From a virus (Duplodnaviria > Caudoviricetes), in the IMG/VR virus record IMGVR_UViG_3300011577_000001: a stretch of 64,000 nt of DNA; one strand, written 5' to 3'. Below, in pieces: positions 19,718-28,624 of this stretch. The notes below the pieces were generated by a model. The model ran no database searches and was not told the DNA's origin. It worked only from the letters and a program-made list of their open reading frames with translations. Positions within the stretch are counted from its first letter, which is position 1. Each line of letters opens with the position of its first letter. The position numbers and the translations under genes are program-made.

Positions 19718-20392
19718 TTACTTCAAGCGCATGTTACGTTGAGCGATTTTCAGGATGTCCTCGTACGACTGAGCAGGACGAACCCTTTCTTTCATGCCAA
19801 GCTTTTGTTTGCCTGTTTCCTTGTCCAACTTCCAACCAGCAACGCTGTAGGTGTCGGTGCTGGAATGTTTGTCTCGATGGATAGCCATGCGGAAAGCAAA
19901 GAACCAACCGATCTTGAAAGATTCAAGGTAGGTGTGGAAGTAGGATGCACCAGAACCAATGGCCACAGGTAGTTCTTTCTGTGGGATCTCGCGGAGAAAC
20001 ATCAGCTTTTTGCGAGGACTGACGCTAAACCGATAGACCTCATGGTTCTCTGTGACGATCAGAGCCTGACCATCTGGAATGCGGGTGTTCTCCATGTTCA
20101 CAGCGCTGAAAGCATCAACGATGTGTTTAAGGTCAGAACGTGCAGTCCAGATAGCCTTGATGAAGGAGGTCATGTTGGAAGAACCACAGGTTCCCATGAA
20201 GACCGCTTTGCGACCTTCGATCAACCGATGATCCAGTTTAGACTCTTTATCAAGGAGTGTGATCTTTGTAGCTTCTTCTTTACTACTGTGGCCAGTAGAC
20301 CCACAGTCGTTACAAGCGTAGTTGTTGGGGTTGATGTTCGTTGACCGTTTGTCAGCGTACATCGCGTGTCCGTTTGTTGCAACTGTCGTCAC
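19718..20392 (-). CDS. HslV/proteasome-beta-like Ntn hydrolase
   Basis: N-terminal (M)TTVA, ADKR, AIGSGA and AIHRD motifs; SD TAAGAAGGA. Confidence 0.7.
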   Translation of the reverse strand: MTTVATNGHAMYADKRSTNINPNNYACNDCGSTGHSSKEEATKITLLDKESKLDHRLIEGRKAVFMGTCGSSNMTSFIKAIWTARSDLKHIVDAFSAVNMENTRIPDGQALIVTENHEVYRFSVSPRKKLMFLREIPQKELPVAIGSGASYFHTYLESFKIGWFFAFRMAIHRDKHSSTDTYSVAGWKLDKETGKQKLGMKERVRPAQSYEDILKIAQRNMRLK

Positions 20393-20451
20393 AGGCTATT
20401 CCTTCTTAGGATCTAATTAGTGGGGTCCCCGAGAGGACCCCGTTATGTCAC

Positions 20452-21531
20452 TTACTTGTCAGCGTTCAGTTCGAACCGCTTGCGGAAGTGTTGCAACAGA
20501 CCAGCCTTGATCTCGGCACGCTTCTTGACACCGACGCCGTCGATGCAGATGAAGGCTTCGTTGATCGCTTCTTCTGCTGCTACCATGTACTTCTCGAGCG
20601 TAACCTTGCTGTCGCTCTGGAAGTGACGCTGATACACCGCACCGAGGCTAACGGTGGTGGCGTGCCCCAGTGAACCAGGTTCGAGAGGCAGCAAGGTGGT
20701 GAGCATTTCACACACTTGCTTTTCGCTGAACGTTGGGCTGTTGTGGACACCACCACGGTGAATGCCACTGCGAGCTTCGTCTTTCGGTAGGTTGTACGGC
20801 ATCGGGTTGACGCCACGTACTCGCCAACCTTTGATCGAGTACTCGCGAGTGAAGCGAATGAACTCGTTGTAACCTTTGGCCGAAGTGACTACCTTCAAGC
20901 CTAACGGCAGGCTATCGCCGTGACGCTTGGTGACGAACCAGATGTTGCCGTTATCGCACCACATCAGAATGTTGCCAAACTCGAGATCGGTGCGTTCGTT
21001 ATCACGACCACGATGGTATTGGCCTTCGCCGAAGAACTCGAGGTTGATCATAGCTTTCGGGGTGTGGAAGAGCCCCTCGGTGTCAATGAACTTGTCGACG
21101 CCGTCGAAAGTCACCAGCGCATTGCTGTGGAAGCACGGGAAGATCTCCTTGGTAGGGAGGAACTCCAGCAACTTGACGTAGTTGTGATCGTAGTTGCCGC
21201 TGAGCAACATGGCGAACAACTCATCCACCGTGGTGCCTTCGTGTCGACCCTGGAGGTAGCGGAAGTGGTAACCGTTGTCATCGAACTCTGTGACTACTTC
21301 GACCAGCGCAGTGCGATTGGCGGCTGGGTTCTGTGTGACGTCTCCAGTGAGTACCAACGGAAGGTAATGTTCTTTACAGAACAGCAGTTGCTTCGGAACA
21401 TCGTTGAACGTGAACAGCGCTACCGCTTGTACGGTGAGAGGACCACCATCACGACGAGAGCCGGAAGGTGGCATCACAACAACGTTCTTCTGGGCGAACA
21501 GTTTATCTACAACAGGCTGGAGCAGAGACAT
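20452..21531 (-). CDS. Early hypothetical protein
   Basis: 359 aa; SD AGAAGGA; directly after an early promoter. Confidence 0.75.
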   Translation of the reverse strand: MSLLQPVVDKLFAQKNVVVMPPSGSRRDGGPLTVQAVALFTFNDVPKQLLFCKEHYLPLVLTGDVTQNPAANRTALVEVVTEFDDNGYHFRYLQGRHEGTTVDELFAMLLSGNYDHNYVKLLEFLPTKEIFPCFHSNALVTFDGVDKFIDTEGLFHTPKAMINLEFFGEGQYHRGRDNERTDLEFGNILMWCDNGNIWFVTKRHGDSLPLGLKVVTSAKGYNEFIRFTREYSIKGWRVRGVNPMPYNLPKDEARSGIHRGGVHNSPTFSEKQVCEMLTTLLPLEPGSLGHATTVSLGAVYQRHFQSDSKVTLEKYMVAAEEAINEAFICIDGVGVKKRAEIKAGLLQHFRKRFELNADK

Positions 21532-21597
21532 ACGACATCTTCCTTCTAAGGATTCATAAATAGCTTAGGTGTGTGAGAATTAACAACCGTTGTTCCT

Positions 21598-21617
21598 CAC
21601 CTGGGTAATATGTATCT
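21598..21617 (-). promoter_or_regulatory. Early promoter
   Basis: AGATACATATTACCCAGGTG. Confidence 0.75.
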
Positions 21618-21656
21618 CAAATTTGTTTCATTGCGGCATAGAGGGCCCGAAGGCCC

Positions 21657-22097
21657 TCAGAACAAAAGGATGTCGATTGGGAGTTCTGTTTCGCTCAGAC
21701 ACTCGTGTACCAAGGGTTTGAAGACCTTGATGTAATCGAGTTGTCCGTAGCCACAACCGAGAGCAGGCATCGCGAGTTCCGTGATGCCCAGCTCTTTATA
21801 CCGCGCAACCAGATCCTTGAATCCAGCTTCGAGGTATTCCTTCTTGCTCGGCTTGGACCAATGCTGCTTCGTGGGAAACAACAAGACACGGAACGGACCG
21901 ACGTCGTAAGTCACAAGCTTGCCTACAGCCAAGTCACCTGAACGCAAGGCGGCTTGATAGAACTCCAACAGCCCAGGAATCCTGATCTTGAACTGGAGCG
22001 CCAAACCATTGCCCAAAGTACCTGCGGTGTTCACAGGACAAGCAATGGTCTGGACTCCACAGGAGAACAAGTCTCCTTCACCCTCGAATCGGATCAT
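21657..22097 (-). CDS. DarG-like macrodomain (ADP-ribosyl glycohydrolase)
   Basis: GDLF..CPVNTAGTLGNGLALQFK, FPTKQHW, MPALGCGYGQL. Confidence 0.85.
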   Translation of the reverse strand: MIRFEGEGDLFSCGVQTIACPVNTAGTLGNGLALQFKIRIPGLLEFYQAALRSGDLAVGKLVTYDVGPFRVLLFPTKQHWSKPSKKEYLEAGFKDLVARYKELGITELAMPALGCGYGQLDYIKVFKPLVHECLSETELPIDILLF

Positions 22098-22516
22098 TAG
22101 GTCTTCCTCGTGTTTTGATTCTGTTGTAGCTGACGAATCTGCTGTTCCGTAGGCAAGGTTGCCCGGTTGGCATCTTCGGCAGTGATTCGCAGGATCAAAC
22201 GGTGAATCTCTCGAGGCAAGGCCAAGAACTGATCAACCGTGTAGCCCCAGCGCTTATAGATCTCGTTGACGTTGTACTGGTAGATCGCTCTGTAAAGACC
22301 ACCGTACTCGTGGTAGTCTTCTTTGTCAAAGCGAGCTGCCAATGCCAACGGACGAGACCTGTCATTGAGATGGTCGTAAATCCCATAATCAATGTCGTAT
22401 GCGTCACGCAATACTAATTGGGCAGAAATGCTATCGAGCTTCGGCGTTGTTTCCAACAGATGCTCGACTTGCCCTTTGGCACCGACGCGACCCAATCCGA
22501 AGCCTGGCATAGCCAC
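22097..22516 (-). CDS. T4 gp51-like tail/baseplate assembly protein; probably the -1 frame extension of the upstream gene
   Basis: WGYTVDQFLALPRE motif; weak own RBS; frame open back to the T8 run at 22604-22611. Confidence 0.6.
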   Translation of the reverse strand: MAMPGFGLGRVGAKGQVEHLLETTPKLDSISAQLVLRDAYDIDYGIYDHLNDRSRPLALAARFDKEDYHEYGGLYRAIYQYNVNEIYKRWGYTVDQFLALPREIHRLILRITAEDANRATLPTEQQIRQLQQNQNTRKT

Positions 22517-22551
22517 ATGGCGATCGTTGTGTTCTCTGATCTCGGGATCGA

Positions 22552-24105
22552 TTACAAGAGGGAGGCTTTTGAAAGGACTTTGCTGATGCGTTGGGAGAGC
22601 AGGAAAAAAAACACTCGAGCCACATCCAGGGGAATGACGTGCGGGTGTACTTTGTGCTCTGCGGTCATCTGCGGGAAGTTACAGGCCGGGCAGTTATGGC
22701 GCGGCAGACCAACCAGCGAGATGGTGGAGTCATCGATGAACTTACCAATCGACTCGATGAACTTGTTACGCAGTTCTTCGTTGGTCGAGAAGGTAGCCAT
22801 CAGACCTTCCACAGTTTCACGGTCAGTGCCCAGTTGGACATCGCCGTTACCCATGTGGACTTCCTGCACCCAGTGGCCGTATTGACGCATGGTCGACAGA
22901 CGACCCTGGTTGCTGATGTAGGCGTCGCGCTCGTCGCCTTTCAGCGGAACTTGGAACGCGCTTTCCATCATGTCCACAATACCACCAACCCAGGTGAAGC
23001 CCGAGTCTTCGTATTGTTGCAGGTTCGGAACAGCCAGGGTAGCCGAAACGACTTCCGACAGTTCCACACGACGTTGACCACCACGAACGTGTTCGGACTC
23101 GTAGCGCTTGATGTCCTCGTCGGTCATGCGGGCTTTGCGCTGCTGCATGCGGCGCTTCTGCCATGGCGACAGAGATGCCTTGTCGGTGTAGATCAGCTTG
23201 CCCAGGTCGAGCATTTCTTTGATCACGTGCTTGCACGACGCGTCGGTGTTCACGCACGCCTGAGCGTACGGATAACCGTTCGGGTACATTGCCAGCGCAA
23301 TACCCCACAGGATGGTCGGGATGTCGGTGACCTTGATGATCGACTTGAGGTAGTCGATGTTCAGCTCTTTGGCGTTGGTTTCGAACACGTAGGTGAACGC
23401 GAAGTTCAACAAGTAGTTGATCTGGTAGACCGAGGTGTTCGAGAACAGCAGGCCGTTGGTGAAGCGACCGAGGGTGATCTTGTCGTTGGCGATGCGACGT
23501 TCCAGCTCCAGGATCGCAGCTTCTGGTGGAGCCTTGAAGCTCAGCCAGATACCGGTGTGCCACAGTGGGATCGACACAATCGAACCCAGGCCGGTGGCTG
23601 CCGCGGCAAAGATCATGGCGCGTTCGCCGGTCAGTACGCCACCGCCAGTGTCGAACTTCGGACGAGCGGCACCGAGCTTCTGACCTTCAACTTCGATGTA
23701 CTGAACCCACTCGGAGTCATCGCGGTTCATCGAAGCAGCCAGCGGGTTACCACGCATCAGGGCGTCTTGGCCCTTGTTCAGCGTGTTGGTCCACAGACGC
23801 GTGGTCGGATCACCAGCCGAGTTGATGTTCGGGTAGTTGTCGATCAGCGCGTTCAGGTCGAGGGCGTCGCCACCGAGCAGTTGCAGAGTGGAGTTCTCTG
23901 CTTCGTAGTCGATGTACTGGAGTTCCTTTTCAGTCGGCTTGCGGCTGTGGGGAATCTCTTGGGTGACCCGAGGGTTGTGGGTCTTGGTCTGGTAGTCGTG
24001 GCTCTGAGAAGTCGGATCGAGGCTTGCTTTGGTCACCTCGTTCGAAGAAGCAGGGACACCCTGCTCTTCTGGACTTGCGCCTTGACCGTCATCATTGATA
24101 GGCAT
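22552..24105 (-). CDS. Conserved core protein (phiKZ gp77-like), T4 gp26-like tail/baseplate assembly chaperone
   Basis: 517 aa; C-x6-C and CPAC motifs, C-terminal VFFF; SD AAGGAG. Confidence 0.6.
   Translation of the reverse strand: MPINDDGQGASPEEQGVPASSNEVTKASLDPTSQSHDYQTKTHNPRVTQEIPHSRKPTEKELQYIDYEAENSTLQLLGGDALDLNALIDNYPNINSAGDPTTRLWTNTLNKGQDALMRGNPLAASMNRDDSEWVQYIEVEGQKLGAARPKFDTGGGVLTGERAMIFAAAATGLGSIVSIPLWHTGIWLSFKAPPEAAILELERRIANDKITLGRFTNGLLFSNTSVYQINYLLNFAFTYVFETNAKELNIDYLKSIIKVTDIPTILWGIALAMYPNGYPYAQACVNTDASCKHVIKEMLDLGKLIYTDKASLSPWQKRRMQQRKARMTDEDIKRYESEHVRGGQRRVELSEVVSATLAVPNLQQYEDSGFTWVGGIVDMMESAFQVPLKGDERDAYISNQGRLSTMRQYGHWVQEVHMGNGDVQLGTDRETVEGLMATFSTNEELRNKFIESIGKFIDDSTISLVGLPRHNCPACNFPQMTAEHKVHPHVIPLDVARVFFFLLSQRISKVLSKASLL
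22603..22611 (-). promoter_or_regulatory. Candidate -1 ribosomal frameshift site
   Basis: GTG TTT TTT TTC contains the X XXY YYZ heptamer T TTT TTC; the -1 frame is stop-free to 22097. Confidence 0.6.
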
Positions 24106-24116
24106 TTACCTGCTCC

Positions 24117-24629
24117 TTACAGCGAGGACAGTTCAGGGGTTTGGACTGGCGCGACTTGGCCAGGTTGGGTGGTAGCCACAACGTCAGCAGGCTGGAAGAA
24201 GCCAGTCACGTTGTACGCAGCCGGGATCACAACCAATTGATATGACGTGATCCATTCGCTGTACTCTTCTGCGATCGAAAGCACAGCGGCCAGCAGGTCT
24301 TCCTGCGTCAGGGTTGGGTTGCCCTGTTGGGCACGAGCCAACTCAACGTGCTTGGCGTGGATGACTTCCAGCTTAGCACGATAGGTCTGCATATCGCGGT
24401 TCAGTACTTCGACCGCAGCCATCAGACCCTTCGGATCTTGCACCGCACGGCTGACCAGCTCCTTGTTGCGGATGAGGATCAGTGCGTTGGACGGACTGGT
24501 GCGCAGTGCGTTGCACTCGGCCAGCAGTTCATCCAGACCCATCCAAACGGACAGGCCTTCATTGTGAGCTTTCAGTTCGCTCACATTATTTGGCCCGCGA
24601 TATTTCGAGCGACTTTGGGAATTCGACAT
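24117..24629 (-). CDS. Hypothetical helical protein
   Basis: ATG 24629 with AGGA upstream; same operon as the gp77-like gene. Confidence 0.7.
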   Translation of the reverse strand: MSNSQSRSKYRGPNNVSELKAHNEGLSVWMGLDELLAECNALRTSPSNALILIRNKELVSRAVQDPKGLMAAVEVLNRDMQTYRAKLEVIHAKHVELARAQQGNPTLTQEDLLAAVLSIAEEYSEWITSYQLVVIPAAYNVTGFFQPADVVATTQPGQVAPVQTPELSSL

Positions 24630-24741
24630 TGCTTCTGAGTTCCTGTGGTAAAAAGTTACGTGCCGGTGGACTGAATAAAAGAAAAGAGGCACTTTTCCTA
24701 TAATTGGAAGTCGGTGTATTATTTAACAGATAGGACAGTCT

Positions 24742-25596
24742 ATGACTATTGATGAACTTGAGGTCTACCTCGATCAGCGCATCTCACCCGAGGCGACCGA
24801 GTCACTGGTTGACTGTGCTCGCGTGATGTGCGAATCCGGTTTGGTCACTCACTTAGATGACATCGAAGACATCATTGCCGTTGAGGACGGTGTGGGTCGT
24901 GATGCTACCATGGCCAAAATCCGCAACTATTTGGAAGACGCACTCGAAGCTTGCGTCAACCAGTTCGGTGTTACCCTGCAACAAGGGATTGACATCAACC
25001 TGCGTCACTTAGTTGCTTTGCAACGCGGGATCAACCAGATCACCAACTTCGAGGACATCGAGACCATCGAAGCGTACTGTCTGTCCGAAGAAGATCCTGA
25101 ACAACGTCTGGCTGACATGTTGGAGTTGCTCACTGAATACACGTGGGCCGACTACTTACTGTTTGTACAAGAAGTCAGTCCATCACTGTTCAAGCGCATC
25201 CTTGAAGAGATCACCAAGCCGGACGAACTCGAAGAGATCGACAACTCGGACAACGCAATTCTGCTGCGCACCAAATCGTTACTGCTCAAGGTTGAGAAGC
25301 CTTGGCTGATCGATGAGATCGAAGACGGGGCTACGCTGGGTCTGCCTCTGGAAGCGCTGATCATTCGTTTCCGTGCTCGTTACGAAGCAGCACTTGCTCA
25401 AACTATGGATTGGAACCGTAAGCCTCAACTGTTGGCTGAACAGTACCTTCTGTATGTGCTCGCCTCGAACGTTCCAGACGACAAGTTGCTGGAAGCTGCA
25501 CAGACCCAGGCCGAAGACGTGATCCATCACATGCCAACCTTGTCGGCTGTGTTGCGTCATTGCCAACAACTCTTAAGTCAGGTGCCCACTAAATGA
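24742..25596 (+). CDS. Conserved acidic protein (phiKZ gp79-like)
   Basis: 284 aa, overlapping the start of the vRNAP gene; synteny. Confidence 0.6.
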   Translation: MTIDELEVYLDQRISPEATESLVDCARVMCESGLVTHLDDIEDIIAVEDGVGRDATMAKIRNYLEDALEACVNQFGVTLQQGIDINLRHLVALQRGINQITNFEDIETIEAYCLSEEDPEQRLADMLELLTEYTWADYLLFVQEVSPSLFKRILEEITKPDELEEIDNSDNAILLRTKSLLLKVEKPWLIDEIEDGATLGLPLEALIIRFRARYEAALAQTMDWNRKPQLLAEQYLLYVLASNVPDDKLLEAAQTQAEDVIHHMPTLSAVLRHCQQLLSQVPTK

Positions 25597-26906
25597 AAGT
25601 CGCCGATTACTACTTGGCCGCCTTGAATGCTGGCGCCTATAAAAAGAAGATCTGGGTACTGAGTCTGTTCAGCCTTTTGGTTGACCCAAAGGAATATCGG
25701 TTCCCGTACGAGATCGTGAAGACCGACAAGAATGTGTTCTTCCGTAACCCTGATGACTTAGATGACCTCGTGTTACTGGACGACGCTCCGATTGATCGTC
25801 CGGTCCTGACCTTCAAGGACAAGCTCCAAATCACCCCTGATCGGGTTCCTAACCTGGCTGCGCCGATCACGACCACAGCGGGTAACTTGCTGTTTAACTT
25901 CTACGTCCTGATCTACTCGATGGGCAAGAAGATTCCATACTTGGAAGGGCGTCTGACGCCTAAGGGTGTGGAGGCGTTGATCCAGCCTCGTCTGACGTCG
26001 AACCCTGTGAACAATGGGGAGAACTACGACCCGAACGATCTGAACCCGATCTACGTTTCAGAGTACAAGAAGTTCAACCGTGCAATGTTTGCACTGATGG
26101 GCTTCACACAGCTCTGTGTGCCGTCTGCTACGCCTCGGACGATGTCGACTGACCCTCGTATCCCTGAGATCCGAAACAAGCTGGTAGAGAAGTACAAGGA
26201 CCGTCTGAACGACCCAGCCGTGATCTCGATGATCGATGCTGAGTTGATCAAGATCGACAAAGAGTGGATGAAGAACGACCCCGATGGCGGTGCTGGCTTC
26301 TACGTGAACGAGAACAAGTCTTACGACGTTGTGCGTAAGAAAGTGTTCCTGATGCACGGTGCAGAAGCAGGCTTCCAAGAAGGTACGGATGTTGACTTCA
26401 TCAAGAACTCCCTGAACGAAGGTTGGGAGATCGAGAAGCTACCGAGCATGGTGAACTCCTTGCGTGAGGGTTCGTATAACCGTGGTCGAGACACAGCACT
26501 CGGTGGTGAAGCGGTGAAGTTCCTGGGTCGTGTTTTCCAGAACACGGTGATTGCAGAGAAGGACTGTGGGTCTACTCTGGGCTGGGACAAGGAAGTTACC
26601 GAGGACAACTACAAGGATTATGCTGGCTTCTATGAGAACACCCCAAAGGGCCCTGTCCTCTTAGAAGAAGCTTACCTCAAGGGTAAGATCGGTAAAACTA
26701 TCAACATGAGAACACCCATGTTGTGTAGGACTCCGAAAACCGGCTTCTGCGAATGCTGTATGGGCGCAAAGAACGCCCTGAACCCAACCTCGCTGGGTTT
26801 GCTGGCGGCAGACGTAGGTTCCCAGATGATGGGCATTTTCATGGGTGCCATGCATGGCAAATCACTTAAGACTGCGCCCTATAACTTCAAGAAGATGATC
26901 TTTTAA
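25593..26906 (+). CDS. Virion RNA polymerase beta' fragment (phiKZ gp80-like)
   Basis: Bridge-helix-like REGSYNRGRDTALGG, EKDCGS, Zn site RTPMLC..GFCECCMG. Confidence 0.85.
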   Translation: MKVADYYLAALNAGAYKKKIWVLSLFSLLVDPKEYRFPYEIVKTDKNVFFRNPDDLDDLVLLDDAPIDRPVLTFKDKLQITPDRVPNLAAPITTTAGNLLFNFYVLIYSMGKKIPYLEGRLTPKGVEALIQPRLTSNPVNNGENYDPNDLNPIYVSEYKKFNRAMFALMGFTQLCVPSATPRTMSTDPRIPEIRNKLVEKYKDRLNDPAVISMIDAELIKIDKEWMKNDPDGGAGFYVNENKSYDVVRKKVFLMHGAEAGFQEGTDVDFIKNSLNEGWEIEKLPSMVNSLREGSYNRGRDTALGGEAVKFLGRVFQNTVIAEKDCGSTLGWDKEVTEDNYKDYAGFYENTPKGPVLLEEAYLKGKIGKTINMRTPMLCRTPKTGFCECCMGAKNALNPTSLGLLAADVGSQMMGIFMGAMHGKSLKTAPYNFKKMIF

Positions 26907-26946
26907 TTCCACGCATGCCTTATCATATAACACTTTGACGTGAGTT

Positions 26947-27558
26947 GTGATGATGGCTAGGAAGAATAAGGTGTGCGGGTTCTATAAGCTCCTGCACAAA
27001 CCTTCTGGTAAGTTTTACCTCGGTAGTAGTGCAGATGTTCTTGGACGACTGGCTCACCATAAGTGGGCGCTCAGGAAAGATCAGAATGCGTGTAGGAAGC
27101 TCCAAGAGGCTTTCAACACTCATCCCGACCTAGATCAACTGGATATCCTGATTCATCCCTGTAAGACTCGAGAAGAAGCTTACGACATGGAACAATCCTG
27201 GGTGGATCGTTTTTGGGATCATCCTGACTGCTTAAATAGTAGTCGAGATGTTCGTAGTCCAATCACAGAGCAGATGCACAAACCCGAGGTTAATGATAAG
27301 CGCAAACAGACTTGGGCTAAACGAGCTGAAAGCGAAGAGTTCCGTCAGGCTATGGGTAAGTACTCAGAATCTAGATGGAAGAGCCCAGGTGCCCGTGAAG
27401 CTTTCTCTGGTGCTAATAACCCGTTTGCCAAAGGCATCAAGATCGACGGGACCGAATATGGTTCTGTTAAAGATGCTGTCAGAGCCACGGGGGTTAGTGA
27501 AAAGACTATTCGCAAAAGGGCTAACCTAGAGTCGTTCCTTAACTACTCTTGGACTTAA
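26947..27558 (+). CDS. GIY-YIG homing endonuclease
   Basis: GFYKL..FYLGSS..R..HH catalytic module; C-terminal IDGTEYGSVKDAVRATGVSEKTIRKR HTH. Confidence 0.9.
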   Translation: MMMARKNKVCGFYKLLHKPSGKFYLGSSADVLGRLAHHKWALRKDQNACRKLQEAFNTHPDLDQLDILIHPCKTREEAYDMEQSWVDRFWDHPDCLNSSRDVRSPITEQMHKPEVNDKRKQTWAKRAESEEFRQAMGKYSESRWKSPGAREAFSGANNPFAKGIKIDGTEYGSVKDAVRATGVSEKTIRKRANLESFLNYSWT

Positions 27559-27604
27559 GTCCTTGAAGACCGCCAAGTACGATTTCAAGAAGATGATTTT
27601 CTAA
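27557..27604 (+). pseudogene. Orphaned 3' end of the vRNAP gene
   Basis: 15 codons plus stop, 13/15 identical to the in-use C-terminus, no start codon or RBS at its 5' end. Confidence 0.75.
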
Positions 27605-27651
27605 AGTCTATCTTCTGAAGCAGTTCATTCTCAATACGGAGACAGTCCCAA

Positions 27652-28566
27652 ATGGGCAAGCAAAACAACACCACCCAAACTCAAACTCAACAGCAGGGTG
27701 AACAGGATGTTCAGGACCAGGACAAGTTGGCTACTATTGGCGCTATCGACGACGCTGAGCAAGACAGCGAAGCCTCTGGCGATTCGAGCGGCGAACAGAG
27801 CGACGGCCAGGGCGGCACCGATTCCGAAGGCTCCGAGGGTGATGGGTCGTCCGATGCGGGCTCGGACGCAGAAGCGCTGGCAGCGCTCGAGGCGCTGACC
27901 GCTGCTGGTCTGGCTGGCGGTGAAACCGGTGCTGATCAAGGTGAAGGTGGTGATGAAGGCGAGGCCGCTGATGAAGACCCCATCAACGATGCTCCCGCTG
28001 TAGTCGACGCCCCGGCTCAAGGCGACCTGCCTTCCGTGGCTGACGCCCCGAACGATACCCCAGTGGCCATCCAACACGCACGTGCGCCGTCGGTGACCCT
28101 GACCCCAGTCGCTGTTACCAAAGAAGAGATCAAAGTGCAGCAGAACAACCTCACCCTGACCATCCTGGCCAACCAGCTCGCTGAATACGCCAAAACCATG
28201 CACCCGTCGCAGCCGATGACCGCTACCATCGGTAAGACCCAGCAGACCATCTTGTGGCGCACCATCGACGCCATCCTGAAGCTGGAAGGTGCCGAGTTCA
28301 TCAAGGGCTACACCATGCTGCTGGCCTTCGTGAACGAGAACCGCGACGGTGCTCTGAACGAGCGTTACATCTACCGTTACTTCGCGGATCTCACCATGCC
28401 GAACAACGACCGCAAGAACTTCAACCGCATCCTGAACCTGCTGTCGGCGACTGCTGATCCGGCCACCCGTCGTCTGGGTCTGGAACAAGCTGACCTGGCT
28501 GCTTCCCTGGCTGGCTTCCGCGACGGCGCCATCCAACAGCGTGTGACCGAGTTCTACTCGCTGTAA
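27652..28566 (+). CDS. Hypothetical protein with long acidic disordered N-terminus
   Basis: 304 aa; Q/D/E/G/S-rich first half; SD GGAG; strongly biased codons. Confidence 0.8.
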   Translation: MGKQNNTTQTQTQQQGEQDVQDQDKLATIGAIDDAEQDSEASGDSSGEQSDGQGGTDSEGSEGDGSSDAGSDAEALAALEALTAAGLAGGETGADQGEGGDEGEAADEDPINDAPAVVDAPAQGDLPSVADAPNDTPVAIQHARAPSVTLTPVAVTKEEIKVQQNNLTLTILANQLAEYAKTMHPSQPMTATIGKTQQTILWRTIDAILKLEGAEFIKGYTMLLAFVNENRDGALNERYIYRYFADLTMPNNDRKNFNRILNLLSATADPATRRLGLEQADLAASLAGFRDGAIQQRVTEFYSL

Positions 28567-28580
28567 GGCGGCATAGAAGC

Positions 28581-28620
28581 AAAAAAAAAAGAGCCCTGGG
28601 AAACCGGGGCTCTTTATGCC
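28581..28620. terminator. Bidirectional terminator
   Basis: A10-GAGCCCTGG-GAAA-CCGGGGCTC-TTTATGCC. Confidence 0.8.
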
Positions 28621-28624
28621 GCAC

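Larger units (their letters stand above)
26859..27604 (+). mobile_element. GIY-YIG cassette flanked by a recoded duplication of the RNAP C-terminus
   Basis: 26859-26906 encodes KSLKTAPYNFKKMIF*; 27557-27604 encodes KSLKTAKYDFKKMIF*. Confidence 0.8.

Noticed and set aside
26859-27556. Group I intron splicing the RNAP gene to the second C-terminus
   Set aside because: No room for a ribozyme core (40 nt before the ORF, none after), the base before the second copy is T not G, and the first copy already completes the gene.
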